64,000 nt of DNA from Eledone cirrhosa (Eukaryota), in assembly GCA_964016885.1 (NCBI GenBank), contig OZ024764.1, positions 3,720,001 through 3,784,000 on the forward strand, written 5' to 3'. The position numbers and the translations under genes are program-made. The notes under the pieces were generated by a model, which worked only from the letters and a program-made list of their open reading frames with translations, did no database searches and was not told where the DNA came from. The number at the start of each line of letters is the position of its first letter. Positions within the stretch are counted from its first letter, which is position 1. Positions 52,711 to 64,000 of the stretch are shown piece by piece.

Positions 52711-52789
52711 GATACCCGCAGAAGAACACAGGAATTCTAGCTTTCACTTAATAATTCTTGCGAAACAGATTTACATCTGTCCAGATATC
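52711..52789 (+). ncRNA. hammerhead-like fold with CAGAAGA core
   Basis: GATACCCG-CAGAAGA-stem II-GAA-ACAGAT-TTAC-ATCTGT-C-CAGATATC; a second 3' half at 53012-53039 has the perfect stem I partner CGGGTATC. Confidence 0.6.
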
Positions 52790-53502
52790 ATTGGCTATTT
52801 GCCCGATATAGGTTTGTTATATATATCAATCATAGATTCAGTTAGAAACTCAAAATAGTCTTTTACAATTAAAATAATTGTTTCTACTTTTGGCACAAGG
52901 CCAGCAAATACCCAGTGCATTACTGGTACTTTATTCTATCGACCCTGGAAGGATGAAAGGCAAAGTTAACCTCGGCGGGATTTGAACTTTTACAATTAAA
53001 ATAATCCTTGCGAAACAGATTTACATCTGTCCGGGTATCATAGGCTATTTGCTTAATATAGGTTTGTTATTTTTATTGATTTATTACGTTAAATCGAGTC
53101 AGGCAAACCATATTGTTTTAAATTAGTATTTTTCAACCTAGCTAACTTGGTCATTTGCAATGGGAACACATGTATACTTATATCTATGTTCATCCCTCTC
53201 ATATATCCAATTATATATATATGTGTTAAGTATTTCCGAAGAAAAAGCAAAAGGAAAAAAGAGTGCTCTATGTATAGAACAGAGCTATTTAATTAGAAAG
53301 GGAACAACACAATATATAACTAATCCATTACCAAAGGTTTCTGGGGCCTAGACAATTTTAAAACACGTCTAGTTGGCTCATAAGAATGAGGGGTTACCTA
53401 TCTATAGATAACCCCTTGTATGTTAATACTGCCTAGGGTCCTGAAACTTTTGGTAATGGAGTAGTTATATATTGTGTTGTTCACTTTCTAATTATATATA
53501 AC

Positions 53503-53534
<32 letters not shown>

Positions 53535-53578
53535 CAATGATATTAAATAAATGGAAACTATATTTATAAAACCATATT

Positions 53579-53642
53579 TATTTTATTATATATATTTCAA
53601 GGGTACCAAGACAACTTTAGTACGCTTTCATCAGATAAAATA
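53579..53642 (-). ncRNA. minimal hammerhead (family A)
   Basis: TATTTTAT-CTGATGA-AAG(C)GTAC/GTAC(C)CTT-GAAAT-ATAT-ATA-ATAAAATA. Confidence 0.75.
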
Positions 53643-53735
53643 CAAAGTTTGTTTTATAAATAGAGACGTACCCATGAAAATCATACCTTATCGGTTGGAT
53701 ATTCTCTGGATAGTCTATTTATAAAACAAACTTCG

Positions 53736-53797
53736 TATTTTATCTGAGGAAAGCGTACCAATGTGTCTTGGTACCCTTGAAATAATATAATAAAATA
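53736..53797 (+). ncRNA. minimal hammerhead (family A, N7=G)
   Basis: TATTTTAT-CTGAGGA-AAG(C)GTACCAA/TTGGTAC(C)CTT-GAAAT-AAT-ATA-ATAAAATA; inverted partner of 53579-53642. Confidence 0.7.
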
Positions 53798-53949
53798 AAT
53801 ATGGTTTTATTAAATATAGCTTCCATTTATTTAATATCATTGAATATTTACTCCACTAGACTGTTGAGTGCTCTAAATTAGTTATAAACATTTATATTTG
53901 TCGGACTTCCAACAAATTAAATACCCCTTCTACTTATATATATATATAT

Positions 53950-54356
53950 ATGTATGTATGTATAGTATATTTGGCAATATACTGTATGTTTAATTACAAA
54001 CATTTAGAAGACCATTCACTGTCAGTTTTAAAGTAGTGACTATGTCACTTACTTCTTTTGGGCGAAAGAAGGGAGAGAGGCTGACAGTCTGTTTCACGCT
54101 GGTTGCCGTTAATCAAAACCACGCACTCCCCTGCTTCCGCTGAAAATTATAGATGCTGGATTCTTATAGAATTCCAGTAATAATCAGGAGCTGATTTTAC
54201 CTGAGCTATTGCCGGTCCAACAAAAATTAGGTATTAGGATTGGTGCTCTGAAATAGCGATGTATATATAAATGTATGTATAGTATATACAATATACTGTA
54301 TGTTTAATAAGACCATACGCTGTCAGTTTTAAAGTAGTGACCATGTCACTTACTTA
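53950..54356 (-). mobile_element. second copy of the about 320-nt retrozyme-like unit, different permutation, degenerate HHR (54070-54131)
   Basis: Terminal repeat period about 317; HHR stems retained (GGTT/AGCC, ACG/CGT, ACAG/CTGT) but core reads TTGATTA. Confidence 0.7.
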
Positions 54357-54746
54357 TTTTCAGCATATATATAATTAGGATTTAGCTTCAAGCATAGCTG
54401 TATACAGATATGTATAAAAATTTCGTATTCCTAGAGAAACACGGTATGTTTACAGGTAAACATTTAGAAAGCCGTAGCTATGCAAAAAAAAACACAGCAT
54501 CTACGCCCTCTGCTGGTGTCCAACAGAAGCAAGGGAGACAATCGCTGATGCATTTCAGACTTAATTGTTCCTCATCACGACGATCCCTTCCACAATTGCG
54601 ACTTCTAAATAAAATTAGAATTTTATTTCTCGCCTATCGTCCCACTGTCCCCGTACTGTCCTCTATGCTCGGCCCTTGTGGCCAATAATAAAGAAACCAT
54701 TACTACTACTACTACTACTACTACTACTATTGTTATTGTGTTTCAG

Positions 54747-54833
54747 TAAAACTGTGGGAAGTGACAGTCAGCTGTCGATCATCTCTTCAAGAACCTTTTG
54801 TATGGCTGACGTCTCGTATTACACAACCTCCCA
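54747..54833 (+). CDS. NKIRAS: kappaB-Ras coding exon 6
   Basis: TTTCAG|(V)KLWEVTVSCRSSLQEPFVWLTSRITQPP-A|GTATGT; phases match exons 5 and 7. Confidence 0.93.
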
Positions 54834-55225
54834 GTATGTATCACACTCTCTCACTATCTCACTATCTCTCTCTCTCTCTCTCTTCCTCTGCCTCCCCCCC
54901 TCTCCCTCCCTCTCTTCATCTCTCTCTCCCTCTCCCTCCCCCCTCTCTGTATCTCTCTCCCCCTTCCTCTCTCTCACCCACTCTGTCACACCCTTCATCT
55001 CTCACTACCCCCCCTCTCCCATACCCTCTCTGTCTCTCCCTCTCTGCTCCCTTTCTCCCTCTCTCCAACCCCGCTCCCCCCTCTCTCTCATTACCTCTCC
55101 CCCTCTCCCTCTCATATACTAATAAAAGGGGTAAAGTGTTCCTATTTAAATTTAAATCTTCCAGCATAATTCCATATAAGGACCTTATCTTAAGTTGTGA
55201 TATGAAATAATTAATAATTCTAATA

Positions 55226-55620
55226 CAGTGGAGCCTTGGTTTACGAACCCCTTGCAACAGGAACAAATTATACTGTTAAACCCCTCGCAACATGAACAAA
55301 TTATACAGTTTAACCCCTTGCAACATGAACCGATTATATAGTTGAATCTCAGTTTATGTGCCCCTCGCAACATGAACAAATTGGTTCACAAACTATTTTT
55401 CTGAACATAAAATATCTCAGCAGTTGACAAATAGGTTCATGGGTAACGAACATGGAAGCTGGCAACAATGGTTGGAAACAAGCTGGGAGAATTGGTTGGA
55501 AAGTTTCACTTGCTGTGTAGTTAGTTACTAGGATGATATCTATAGGCTTTTCACACAGTCTCTTTCTCTCTCCTCTACCCCATCCTCCTCCCGTTCCGTC
55601 CACTGTGTGGATGGCACAAC
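55226..55620 (+). mobile_element. possible pogo/Tigger-like DNA transposon remnant
   Basis: TA-CAGTGGAGCCTTGGTTTACG terminus with subterminal AACCCCT(C/T)GCAACATGAAC repeats; no partner end found. Confidence 0.35.
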
Positions 55621-55624
55621 AGTC

Positions 55625-57056
55625 CGCACTAAAGTGGTCATGTAGGAGACACAGTAAAAAGGCTCCCAGTTCACACTGTAAAGTGGTCATGTAGGAGACA
55701 CAGTAAAAAGGCTCCCAGTCCACACTGTAAGGTGGTCATGTAGGAGACACAGTAAAAAGGCTCCCAGTCCACACTGTAAGGTGGTCATGTAGGAGACACA
55801 GTAAAAAGGCTCCCAGTCCACACTGTAAGGTGGTCATGTAGGAGACACAGTAAAAAGGCTCCCAATCCACACTGTAAAGTGGTTGTGTAGGAGACACGGT
55901 AAAAAGGCTCCCAGTCCACACTGTAAAGTGGTCATGTAGGAGACACAGTAAAAAGGCTCCCAGTCCACACTGTAAAGTGGTCGTGTAGGAGACACAGTGA
56001 AAAGGCTCCCAGTCCACACTGTAAAGTGGTCGTGTAGGAGACAGAGTAAAAAGGCTCCCAGTCCACACTGTAAAGTGGTCATGTAGGAGACACAGTAAAA
56101 AGGCTCCCAGTCCACACTGTAAGGTGGTCGTGTAGGAGACACAGTAAAAAGGCTCCCAGTCCACACTGTAAAGTGGTCATGTAGGAGACACAGTAAAAAG
56201 GCTCCCAGTCCACACTGTAAAGTGGTCATGTAGGAGACACAGTAAAAAGGCTCCCAGTCCACACTGTAAAGTGGTCGTGTATGAGTCACAGTAAAAAGGC
56301 TCCCAGTCCACACTGTAAAGTGGTCATGTAGGAGACACAGTGAAAAGGCTCCCAGTCCACACTGTAAAGTGGTTGTGTAGGAGACACGGTAAAAAGGCTC
56401 CCAGTCCACACTGTAAAGTGGTCATGTAGGAGACACAGTAAAAAGGCTCCCGGTCTACACTGTAAAGTGGTCGTGTAGGAGTCACAGTAAAAAGGCTCCC
56501 AGTCCACACTGTAAAGTGGTCATGTAGGAGACACAGTGAAAAGGCTCCCAGTCCACACTGTAAAGTGGTTGTGTAGGAGACACGGTAAAAAGGCTCCCAG
56601 TCCACACTGTAAAGTGGTCATGTAGGAGACACAGTAAAAAGGCTCCCAGTCCACACTGTAAAGTGGTCATGTAGGAGTCACAGTAAAAAGGCTCCCAGTC
56701 CACACTGTAAAGTGGTCATGTAGGAGACACAGTGAAAAGGCTCCCAGTCCACACTGTAAAGTGGTTGTGTAGGAGACACGGTAAAAAGGCTCCCAGTCCA
56801 CACTGTAAAGTGGTCGTGTAGGAGTCACAGTAAAAAGGCTCCCAGTCCACACTGTAAAGTGGTCATGTAGGAGACACAGTGAAAAGGCTCCCAGTCCACA
56901 CTGTAAAGTGGTTGTGTAGGAGACACGGTAAAAAGGCTCCCAGTCCACACTGTAAAGTGGTCGTGTAGGAGTCACAGTAAAAAGGCTCCCAGTCCACACT
57001 GTAAAGTGGTAATGTAGGAGACAGGAAAAAGGCTCCCTATCTACACTGTAAAGTGG
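55625..57056 (+). repeat. 49-bp tandem array from LINE 3' UTR/SINE body, about 29 copies
   Basis: CACACTGTAAAGTGGTCATGTAGGAGACACAGTAAAAAGGCTCCCAGTC; continues into GTTGGTGTTAGGAAGGGC and (GAT)n. Confidence 0.92.
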
Positions 57057-58580
57057 TTGGTGTTAGGAAGGGCATCTAGCAGTAAAAAACATGCCAGAGA
57101 CACTTACATGCGAGCGAGACATTGTCTCCCGACCATTCCCGCATCAAATGGAACAAAACCGTCTAACCCATGCTAGCGTGGATGATGGACATTAAACAAT
57201 GATGATGATATCAGTATATATAATCGTATATCAGTATATATAAATGTGGCCGTGTAGGCAACACGGTAAAAACCTCCCAGTCCCACACTGTAAATGTGGT
57301 TGGTGTTAGGAAATGAATCCAGCCGTAGAAAACCCGCCAGACAGTCCTATACGAGCAAGACAACCACTCTTGCCTCAAGTGGGAAAACTCCCGTCCAAAC
57401 CCATGCAAGCGTGGAACATGGACGTTAAACGATGATGATGATGATGATGATGATGATAATCGAAGAAGTTGATGAAAGTGAAGCAAGCCGTTAAAATACA
57501 TTTATAAAAAGCTCTTACACATGTTTCACCCACTAAATATTAACACCTAATAGTTCACCCTGTTTGCATAAGCATGGGGCATGAATGCACTTGCGTTTGG
57601 CAAATAATCATCAGTATCGTTTCTCTCTATACCTCTTCTTTCCATCCTCTTCCACAATACTGTAACTTTTTGGCAGTATCGGTAGAGGGTCGGACTCCAT
57701 GCTTTGACGCATGGAGTTACGGCTCTTGCCATTCTGAGTTCAAATCCCGCCGAGGTTGACTTTGCCTTTCATCCTTACGGGGTCGATAAAATAAAGTACC
57801 AGTAATACACTGGGATAATTGCTGGCCTTGTGTAAAAAAGTAGAAACAATTATATATATATCATCATCATCATCATCATCATTTTACGTCCGCTTTTCCC
57901 TGCTTGCAAGGGTGGGACGGGAACTGATTCTGGCTTGATTTCTACAGCTGGATGCCCTTCCTAACACCAACCTCATTTACAGTGAGTGCTGGGTGCTTTT
58001 TTGCCGTGGCACCTCCACGACCACTTTGCAGTGGAATGATAGGGACCCCAGTCCCTATCATCTCATTTCTACAGCTGAGTAAACTGGAGCAATGTGAAAT
58101 AAAGTGTCTTGCTCAAGGAAACAACACATCACCCGGTCCGAGAATTGAACTCACAACCTTTCGATTGCAAGGATAATTCTCTAACCACTAAGCCATGTGC
58201 TTCCATATATATATATATATTTTGTATGGGAAAAATAGTTTAATGTATATTTACTAGTGGGAGATTGTTGTGAACATTTACAGTATTACAGTAAAGACTT
58301 TAGTATTTAATGTGATGTAGTCATAGTCTTGTTTTGTACTAAATGTTTATAGTATCTTTACTGGTGGACAGATTGTTGTGGAAATTTACAGTATTACAGT
58401 AAAGACTTTAGTATTTAATGTGATGTAGTCGTAGTGTTGTTTTATATTTTATAACAATATCTTACTAATGAGGTAGAGGTCATTAAAATGTAATTAAACC
58501 TAATGGAGTGTGTTTCATTAGAAATATCATCAAGAAGTTGTTGTTTCTAGCTTCATCTCGTTATCTCCCTCTATTTCCAG

Positions 58581-58630
58581 GTAAATCAACATTTCCTCTC
58601 GGTAGGAAAAACAAAGGAGGTGAATGTTGA
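58581..58630 (+). CDS. NKIRAS: kappaB-Ras coding exon 7 (probable last)
   Basis: TTTCCAG|(S)KSTFPLGRKNKGGEC*; matches the family C-terminal SKSxFPLxRKNKG; a possible donor G|GTGAAT at 58620 makes the last residues uncertain. Confidence 0.85.
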
Positions 58631-58849
58631 CTCTACAGGAGCAGGTATAGCTGTGTGGTTAGGACGTTTCACAACCGCATGGTTCTGGGTCCCGTTGTGT
58701 GGCATCTTGGGCTGTCTTTTACCTTGGAACAGGTGTCCTTTACTTTGTCACCTCCTTGGGTCAGGTGTGACTGTGTCGCACCTTGGGACAACTGTTTTCT
58801 ACTTACTTTTAAGTGGAATTTAAAAGATTGGAACTATGGAATCCTATTG

Positions 58850-58899
<50 letters not shown>

Positions 58900-58904
<5 letters not shown>

Positions 58905-59830
58905 AATAATAAAATTGAAGACTAAAATCCAAAGAGGGCTCGATAAGGATAAATATATATTAAATATATAAGAACTGTAGAGCAAATATTTATTAAAATA
59001 ACAGATTAAAGTTTAAGCAATGAATCGCTGCTTTCACCCTTAATGGGATCTTCTGAAACTAACAAAGTCAATCTGTGAACGCAAAAGTAAATATTACAAA
59101 AAACGTTGCAACCGGAAGAAGACAGGAAGATGATAATTTGGTTCGTGGAATCGTTCCCTGGCAAACAACCGGAAAAAACGAAGATAATACGTCATTGTTT
59201 GGAGCGGTGAAAACAATTACATGCAAAGACAGAATCACGTTTATGGTATAAAAGAGGTTGTAGACTAATGTTCTCTTAGGTGGTTCATAGAGACGTTCTC
59301 TGGCAAAGAACGGAAAAAACGAAGTAAATACGTCATATGTGGAGCGGGGAGAACAATTGCATGCAAAGACAGAACCACGTTTATGGTATAAAAGAAGTCG
59401 TAGACTAATATTCTATTAGGTGTTTCATGGAGACGTTCTCTGGCAATGAACGGAAAAAACGAAGATAATACGTCATATGTGGAACGGGGAGAACAATTGC
59501 ACGCAAAGACAAAACCACGTAAAATGTATAAATGAAGTCATAGACTAAAATTCTAACTAGGAAACCGAATGATTCTCGGCTTCAGAGTTAAGAATAAAGT
59601 AAATAAAATACAGAGGTAATTGAAATTAAATACATACATACGTTTTTCCCCGTTCTTTGCCAGGGAATGTTTCCACGAACCAAAGTATCGTCTTCCTGTC
59701 TTCCTCCGGTTGCAACATTTTTTGAAATATTTACTTCTGCGTTCACAGATTGACTTTGTTAGTTTCAGAAGATCCCGTTAAGGGTGAAAGCAGTGATTCT
59801 TTGCTTAAACATTAATCTATTATTTTAATA
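58900..59830. mobile_element. family C insert with inverted arms and internal about 140-bp tandem repeats
   Basis: 58990-59180 is inverted at 59640-59830; each arm carries a CAGAAGA hammerhead-like fold (59010-59060 -, 59762-59810 +). Confidence 0.65.
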
Positions 59831-59898
59831 TATATATATATATAATATATATATATACATGTAGACTTACGTGTGAACGTGAGTCCACATGTGAGAAC

Positions 59899-59989
59899 AC
59901 ATATCTGAGGAGCTTTCAATTCCAGAGTCAGGAAAGAACATAATCGATCATACCTCGAGCAGATCGGCAGTGAAACATGTGTAATATGT
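59899..59989 (+). ncRNA. type I hammerhead ribozyme with branched stem II
   Basis: ACATAT-CTGAGGA-GCT...AGT-GAAAC-ATGT-GTA-ATATGT; internal hairpins TTCC/GGAA and CGATC/GATCG; insert 59860-60122 lies between (TA)n tracts. Confidence 0.72.
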
Positions 59990-60122
59990 AATTAAATATG
60001 TGTATGATGCAACACTGATTCTTTGTTCCCTAATTATTATTGATACTCTGCTCCCCAATATTATCGAGTGCTCAACTTGGCATACAGCCGACGGATGCAT
60101 TTAATTTGCACCTCTAATACCC

Positions 60123-60165
<43 letters not shown>

Positions 60166-60174
60166 AATTGAGAG

Positions 60175-61020
60175 CGAATTACCAATTTAGACTTACAACA
60201 TAATTTTATTGTACGTGTGTTCCAATGTATAATGGCGGGCTATACCCCAATTGGTAAACTCCAGTGTCTAACACACGTGGACATGCCCACAAAGTCAGAA
60301 AACAGCACAGCTCCCATGACTTTCGGGAAACATTTTTTCATGCTCAGAGTTGCTGAAGCATGGAACAAACTACCTTCATCAGTCGTTAGCTGTTGAGACA
60401 CTGCATCCTTTAAAACCTCCATGGAACAAACTACCTGCATCAGTTGTTAGCTGTTGAGACACTGCATCCTTTAAAACCTCCATGGAACGAACTATCTGCA
60501 TCAGTTGTTAGCTGTCGAGACACTGCATCCTTTAAAACCTCCATGGAACAAACTACCTGCATCAGTTGTTAGCTGTTGAGACACTGCATCCTTTAAAACC
60601 TCCATGGAACGAACTATCTGCATCAGTTGTTAGCTGTCGAGACACTGCATCCTTTAAAACCTCCATGGAACAAACTACCTGCATCAGTTGTTAGCTGTTG
60701 AGACACTGCATCCTTTAAAACCTCCATGGAACGAACTATCTGCATCAGTTGTTAGCTGTCGAGACACTGCATTCGTTAAAACCTCCATGGAACAAACTCC
60801 CTGCATCAGTCGTTAGCTGTTGAGACACTGCATCCTTTAAAACCTCCATGCTTCCCGAAATTCTCCAACACTACACCTGATGTCTCCTCTCCATACACAT
60901 TAACACAAATGTATATCATGACTCATATACTGTTCACTTTCCTGACATTTGTACATTATTCTATGTACTATACCTTTCATGAGTTGTAGTGCACCTGAGC
61001 ACTGTACACAATAATTTCAT
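60175..61020 (+). mobile_element. CR1-type LINE 3' end with internal 61-bp tandem repeat (8 units, 60359-60850)
   Basis: KHFFMLRVAEAWNKLPSSVVSC..ASFKTSM matches the CR1 ORF2 C-terminal FF.RV..WN.LP motif. Confidence 0.75.
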
Positions 61021-61627
61021 TATATATATATATATTTAATATAGAAATGGCTTCTACAGGAGTAAAGCTGTTTCATTCAAGGGAAATCATAAATATATGT
61101 GTGTGTGTGTATAATATATATATTAAATGTATATATTACATGTGTATAATATTTATTAAAATAAAGAACGTAAAAACTAAGTCTTCTTCAATGTGTATGT
61201 ATGTGTGTGTAACAGGCAAACAACACAGTACAATGAAGAAATATATTAGTTTTATGCTTGATATAGTAGGAAAAGAGTGTTAACGTTTTGGATGCTAGTC
61301 CTTCATCAGAAGAAAGACGGAGTAATTAAAAAGATAGAAGGGACAGGCAGGACAGAATTGGAAAAACATTTTTTTAGAGAAAAATAACAGGTTCATTGAT
61401 GTTGCCATCTCTTAGAAAACTGTTGATGCTGGTGTTTTGTGTATGACATATTTGTTAGAAAAGTGGAAGATGGAGTGCGTCTATCTGAAAGGGAAAAAAA
61501 CGTTTTGTATCTTGAGCTGTATATATGTGTGTGTGTTGTTATGTCTGTACGAAGCTAAGAGGATATGTGTGTGTATATGTAAGTAAAAAAGTATGTGTGT
61601 ACTTGTGAGTACAAAGTTGTGAGCAAA

Positions 61628-61950
61628 ACTGTCAGAAACTCCTGTCTTACCTCCTCCATATGTAATTGTACATCTGGTACCACCTATATGGTAGACATTA
61701 CTGTCAGAAACTCCTGTCTCACCTCCTCCATATGTAATTGTACATCTGGTACCATCTATATGGTAGACATTACTGTCAGAAACTCTTGTCTCACCTCCTC
61801 CATATGTAATTGTACATGTGGTACCACCTATATGGTAGACATTACTGTCAGAAACTCCTGTCTCACCTCCTGCATATGTAATTGTACATCTGGTACCACC
61901 TACACCAAGGTAACTTTGGTAGTCATTACTGTTAGAAACTCCTGTCTCAC
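61628..61950. repeat. 72-bp tandem repeat, about 4.5 copies
   Basis: ACTGTCAGAAACTCCTGTCTCACCTCCTCCATATGTAATTGTACATCTGGTACCACCTATATGGTAGACATT. Confidence 0.9.
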
Positions 61951-62706
61951 CACAATAGAATTAGAATTTAGCTTCGAGCATAGCTGTATCATCATCATCA
62001 TCATCATCACCGTTTTACGTCCGTTCTTCCAAGCTAGCATGGGTTAGACGGGTTGTCCTGTTGTGGGCAGTGTCTGGTCGGCTGACCATGCCTTGCTCAT
62101 ACAGGAACTGATTTGGCTTGATTTCTACAGCTGGATGCGCTTCCTAACACCAACCTCATTTACAGTGTGGGCTGGATGCTTTTTTGTGGCACCTACACGT
62201 CCACTTTACAGTGTGGGCTGGGTGCTTTTTCTGTGGCGCCTACACGTCCACTTTACAGTGTGGGCTGGGTGCTTTTTCTGTGGCGCCTACACGTCCACTT
62301 TACAGTGTGGGCTGGGTGCTTATTTGCCGTGTCACCTCCACGACCACCTTGCGGTGGGGGCGGGGGGGTATTGTCTATATGCTTCAGCTTGTACCCATGG
62401 GAGGTCGGGTACTCTGTATTACTGCGTGGCGCCAGAGGTCACGGTCGTGTGTCATTGCCTTTGAGAGGTGTAATTGGGTAATATACAGATATGTATTAGA
62501 ATTTCATATTTCTAAAGAAATACGGTATGTTTATAAATAAAGAAAGTCATAGCTATGCAAAAACACCCGCGGCTATTCTATTCTATTCCAAGTTGAGCCA
62601 AGTTGTACAGCTTCATATGCAAATGAGATTAATCACCTGATTTACACAGACGAGAAAACCATATGTTCTCGCCTGTTTTCAAGTCCAGCAGTTGCAAGAT
62701 TGGGAG

Positions 62707-62754
62707 TGACTGTTCTGACGAGAACCTGTTCAGTTTGAAATGCATCGATGATTG
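62707..62754 (+). ncRNA. minimal hammerhead (family F)
   Basis: TGTT-CTGACGA-GAAC/GTTT-GAA-ATGCAT-C-GATG; degenerate relative at 54541-54584(-); host insert 62481-62840 has an inverted arm. Confidence 0.62.
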
Positions 62755-62839
62755 TCCCCCCTTGCTTCTGCTTGACACCACCAGAGGGCGATAGCCTCAG
62801 CGTGTTGCATAGCTACAGCTTTCTGAATGTTTATTTATA

Positions 62840-63290
62840 AAACCATCAAAATTGATGGTAGTTACGGAGTAGGTAGACCCAGAAAAACCTGGGATGATCT
62901 GATAAATTCCGACCTCACACACTTACATCTCTCTAAGACAATGTCTCTGGACCGAGATCTCTGGCGCTCTGCAGTAATACAGAAGACCCGCCATGCCTAT
63001 GTACAAAGCGAAACCTACAGTCTTAACCAAATATACACCCCAGTCCACTACCCCGACTCTATCCTCCCACTCCCACCAACAGCACGAGATAATGAGATCG
63101 AGATTGTGTAGGTGTCATGACAAAAAAACACACAGTCCACGCTGTAATGTGGCTGTGTAGGGAACACGGTAAAAAGTTCCCAGTCCACACTGTAAATGTG
63201 GTTGGTGTTAGGAAGGGCATCCAACCGTAGAAAACTTGCCAGATAGTCCTATACGAACAAGACACCGTCACCCGACCAGCCTTGCCTCAA
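62840..63290 (+). mobile_element. RTE LINE C-terminus and 3' UTR
   Basis: IKIDGSYGVGRPRKTWDDLINSDL...; a further UTR copy lies at 63657-64000. Confidence 0.8.
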
Positions 63291-64000
63291 GAGAAATTTC
63301 TTTATTTTTATTGATATGTTAAATCTCCTCTGTAGCATGCCCCTATTCTGAAAGAAATGGGTTTTATCTGCCTTAATTTTGCCCTATTTTTAAGTTGGGC
63401 TTTAATATATTTTTTACTTAAATGTGGTTGGCATTAGGAAGGGCATCCAGCCATAGAAAAACAGCTAGAAACACCCCTATATGAGCGAGACACGGTCACC
63501 CAACACAACTTGCCTTAAAATAGGACCTGTCGAACCCATGCTTGCATGGAAGATGGACGTTAATCAATGATGAGGATATATATAAATATATATATACACA
63601 CATATACGTGTTGCATATTGCTATCTATCATATATATATATATATATATATATATAGCGAAACCTACAGTCAGTAGGCACCTCTTAACAAAAATAGACCC
63701 CATCTCACTACCCCGACCCCATCCACACCACCCCTTTCAATGTAAAGTTATGTTGGTACCACAACATCCAGTCCAAAACGAATGAAGTCGTGTAGGTGTC
63801 ACGACAAAAAAAACACACAGTCCCCGCTTTCATGTGGCCGTGTAGGTAACACGGTAAAAACCTCCCAGTCCCACACTGTAAATGTGGTTGGTGTTAGGAA
63901 GGGCATCCAGCTGTAGAAAACCCGCCAGACAGTCCACGTTGTAATGTGGCCGTGTAGGTAACACGGTAAAAACCTCCCAGTCCCACACTGTAAATGTGGT

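Noticed and set aside
54676-55266. Leu/Ser/Pro-rich ORFs around exon 6
   Set aside because: Produced by (CTA)n and CT-rich low-complexity intron sequence.
61628-61950. Minus-strand repeat translation NVYHIGGTRCTITYGGGETG resembling a GIY-YIG motif
   Set aside because: The similarity spans the repeat junction and does not extend into the flanks.

Overview
Very AT-rich, repeat-saturated animal DNA; the (AT)n/(GAT)n microsatellites, RTE LINEs and tRNA-derived SINEs resemble octopod cephalopod genomes (inference). One host gene is supported: a 7-coding-exon, + strand kappaB-Ras (NKIRAS1/2 homologue, about 189 aa, 35677-58630). The rest is RTE- and CR1-type LINE fragments, two SINE families, Tc1/mariner and piggyBac-like MITEs, and more than ten tandem arrays grown from pieces of these elements; the 1,900-aa ORFs are artefacts of one such array. 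Main hidden signal: many of the short non-coding inserts sitting in (AT)n tracts carry a type I hammerhead ribozyme (HHR) or half of one. I count about 10 sequence families, with stem covariation between copies, terminally redundant or inverted architectures, and unusual cores (U3:A8, CAGAAGA, an extra nucleotide after A9). This fits a diverse population of Penelope-like pLTR derivatives or non-LTR retrozymes. All folds were paired by eye; none is tested, and novelty needs database searches.
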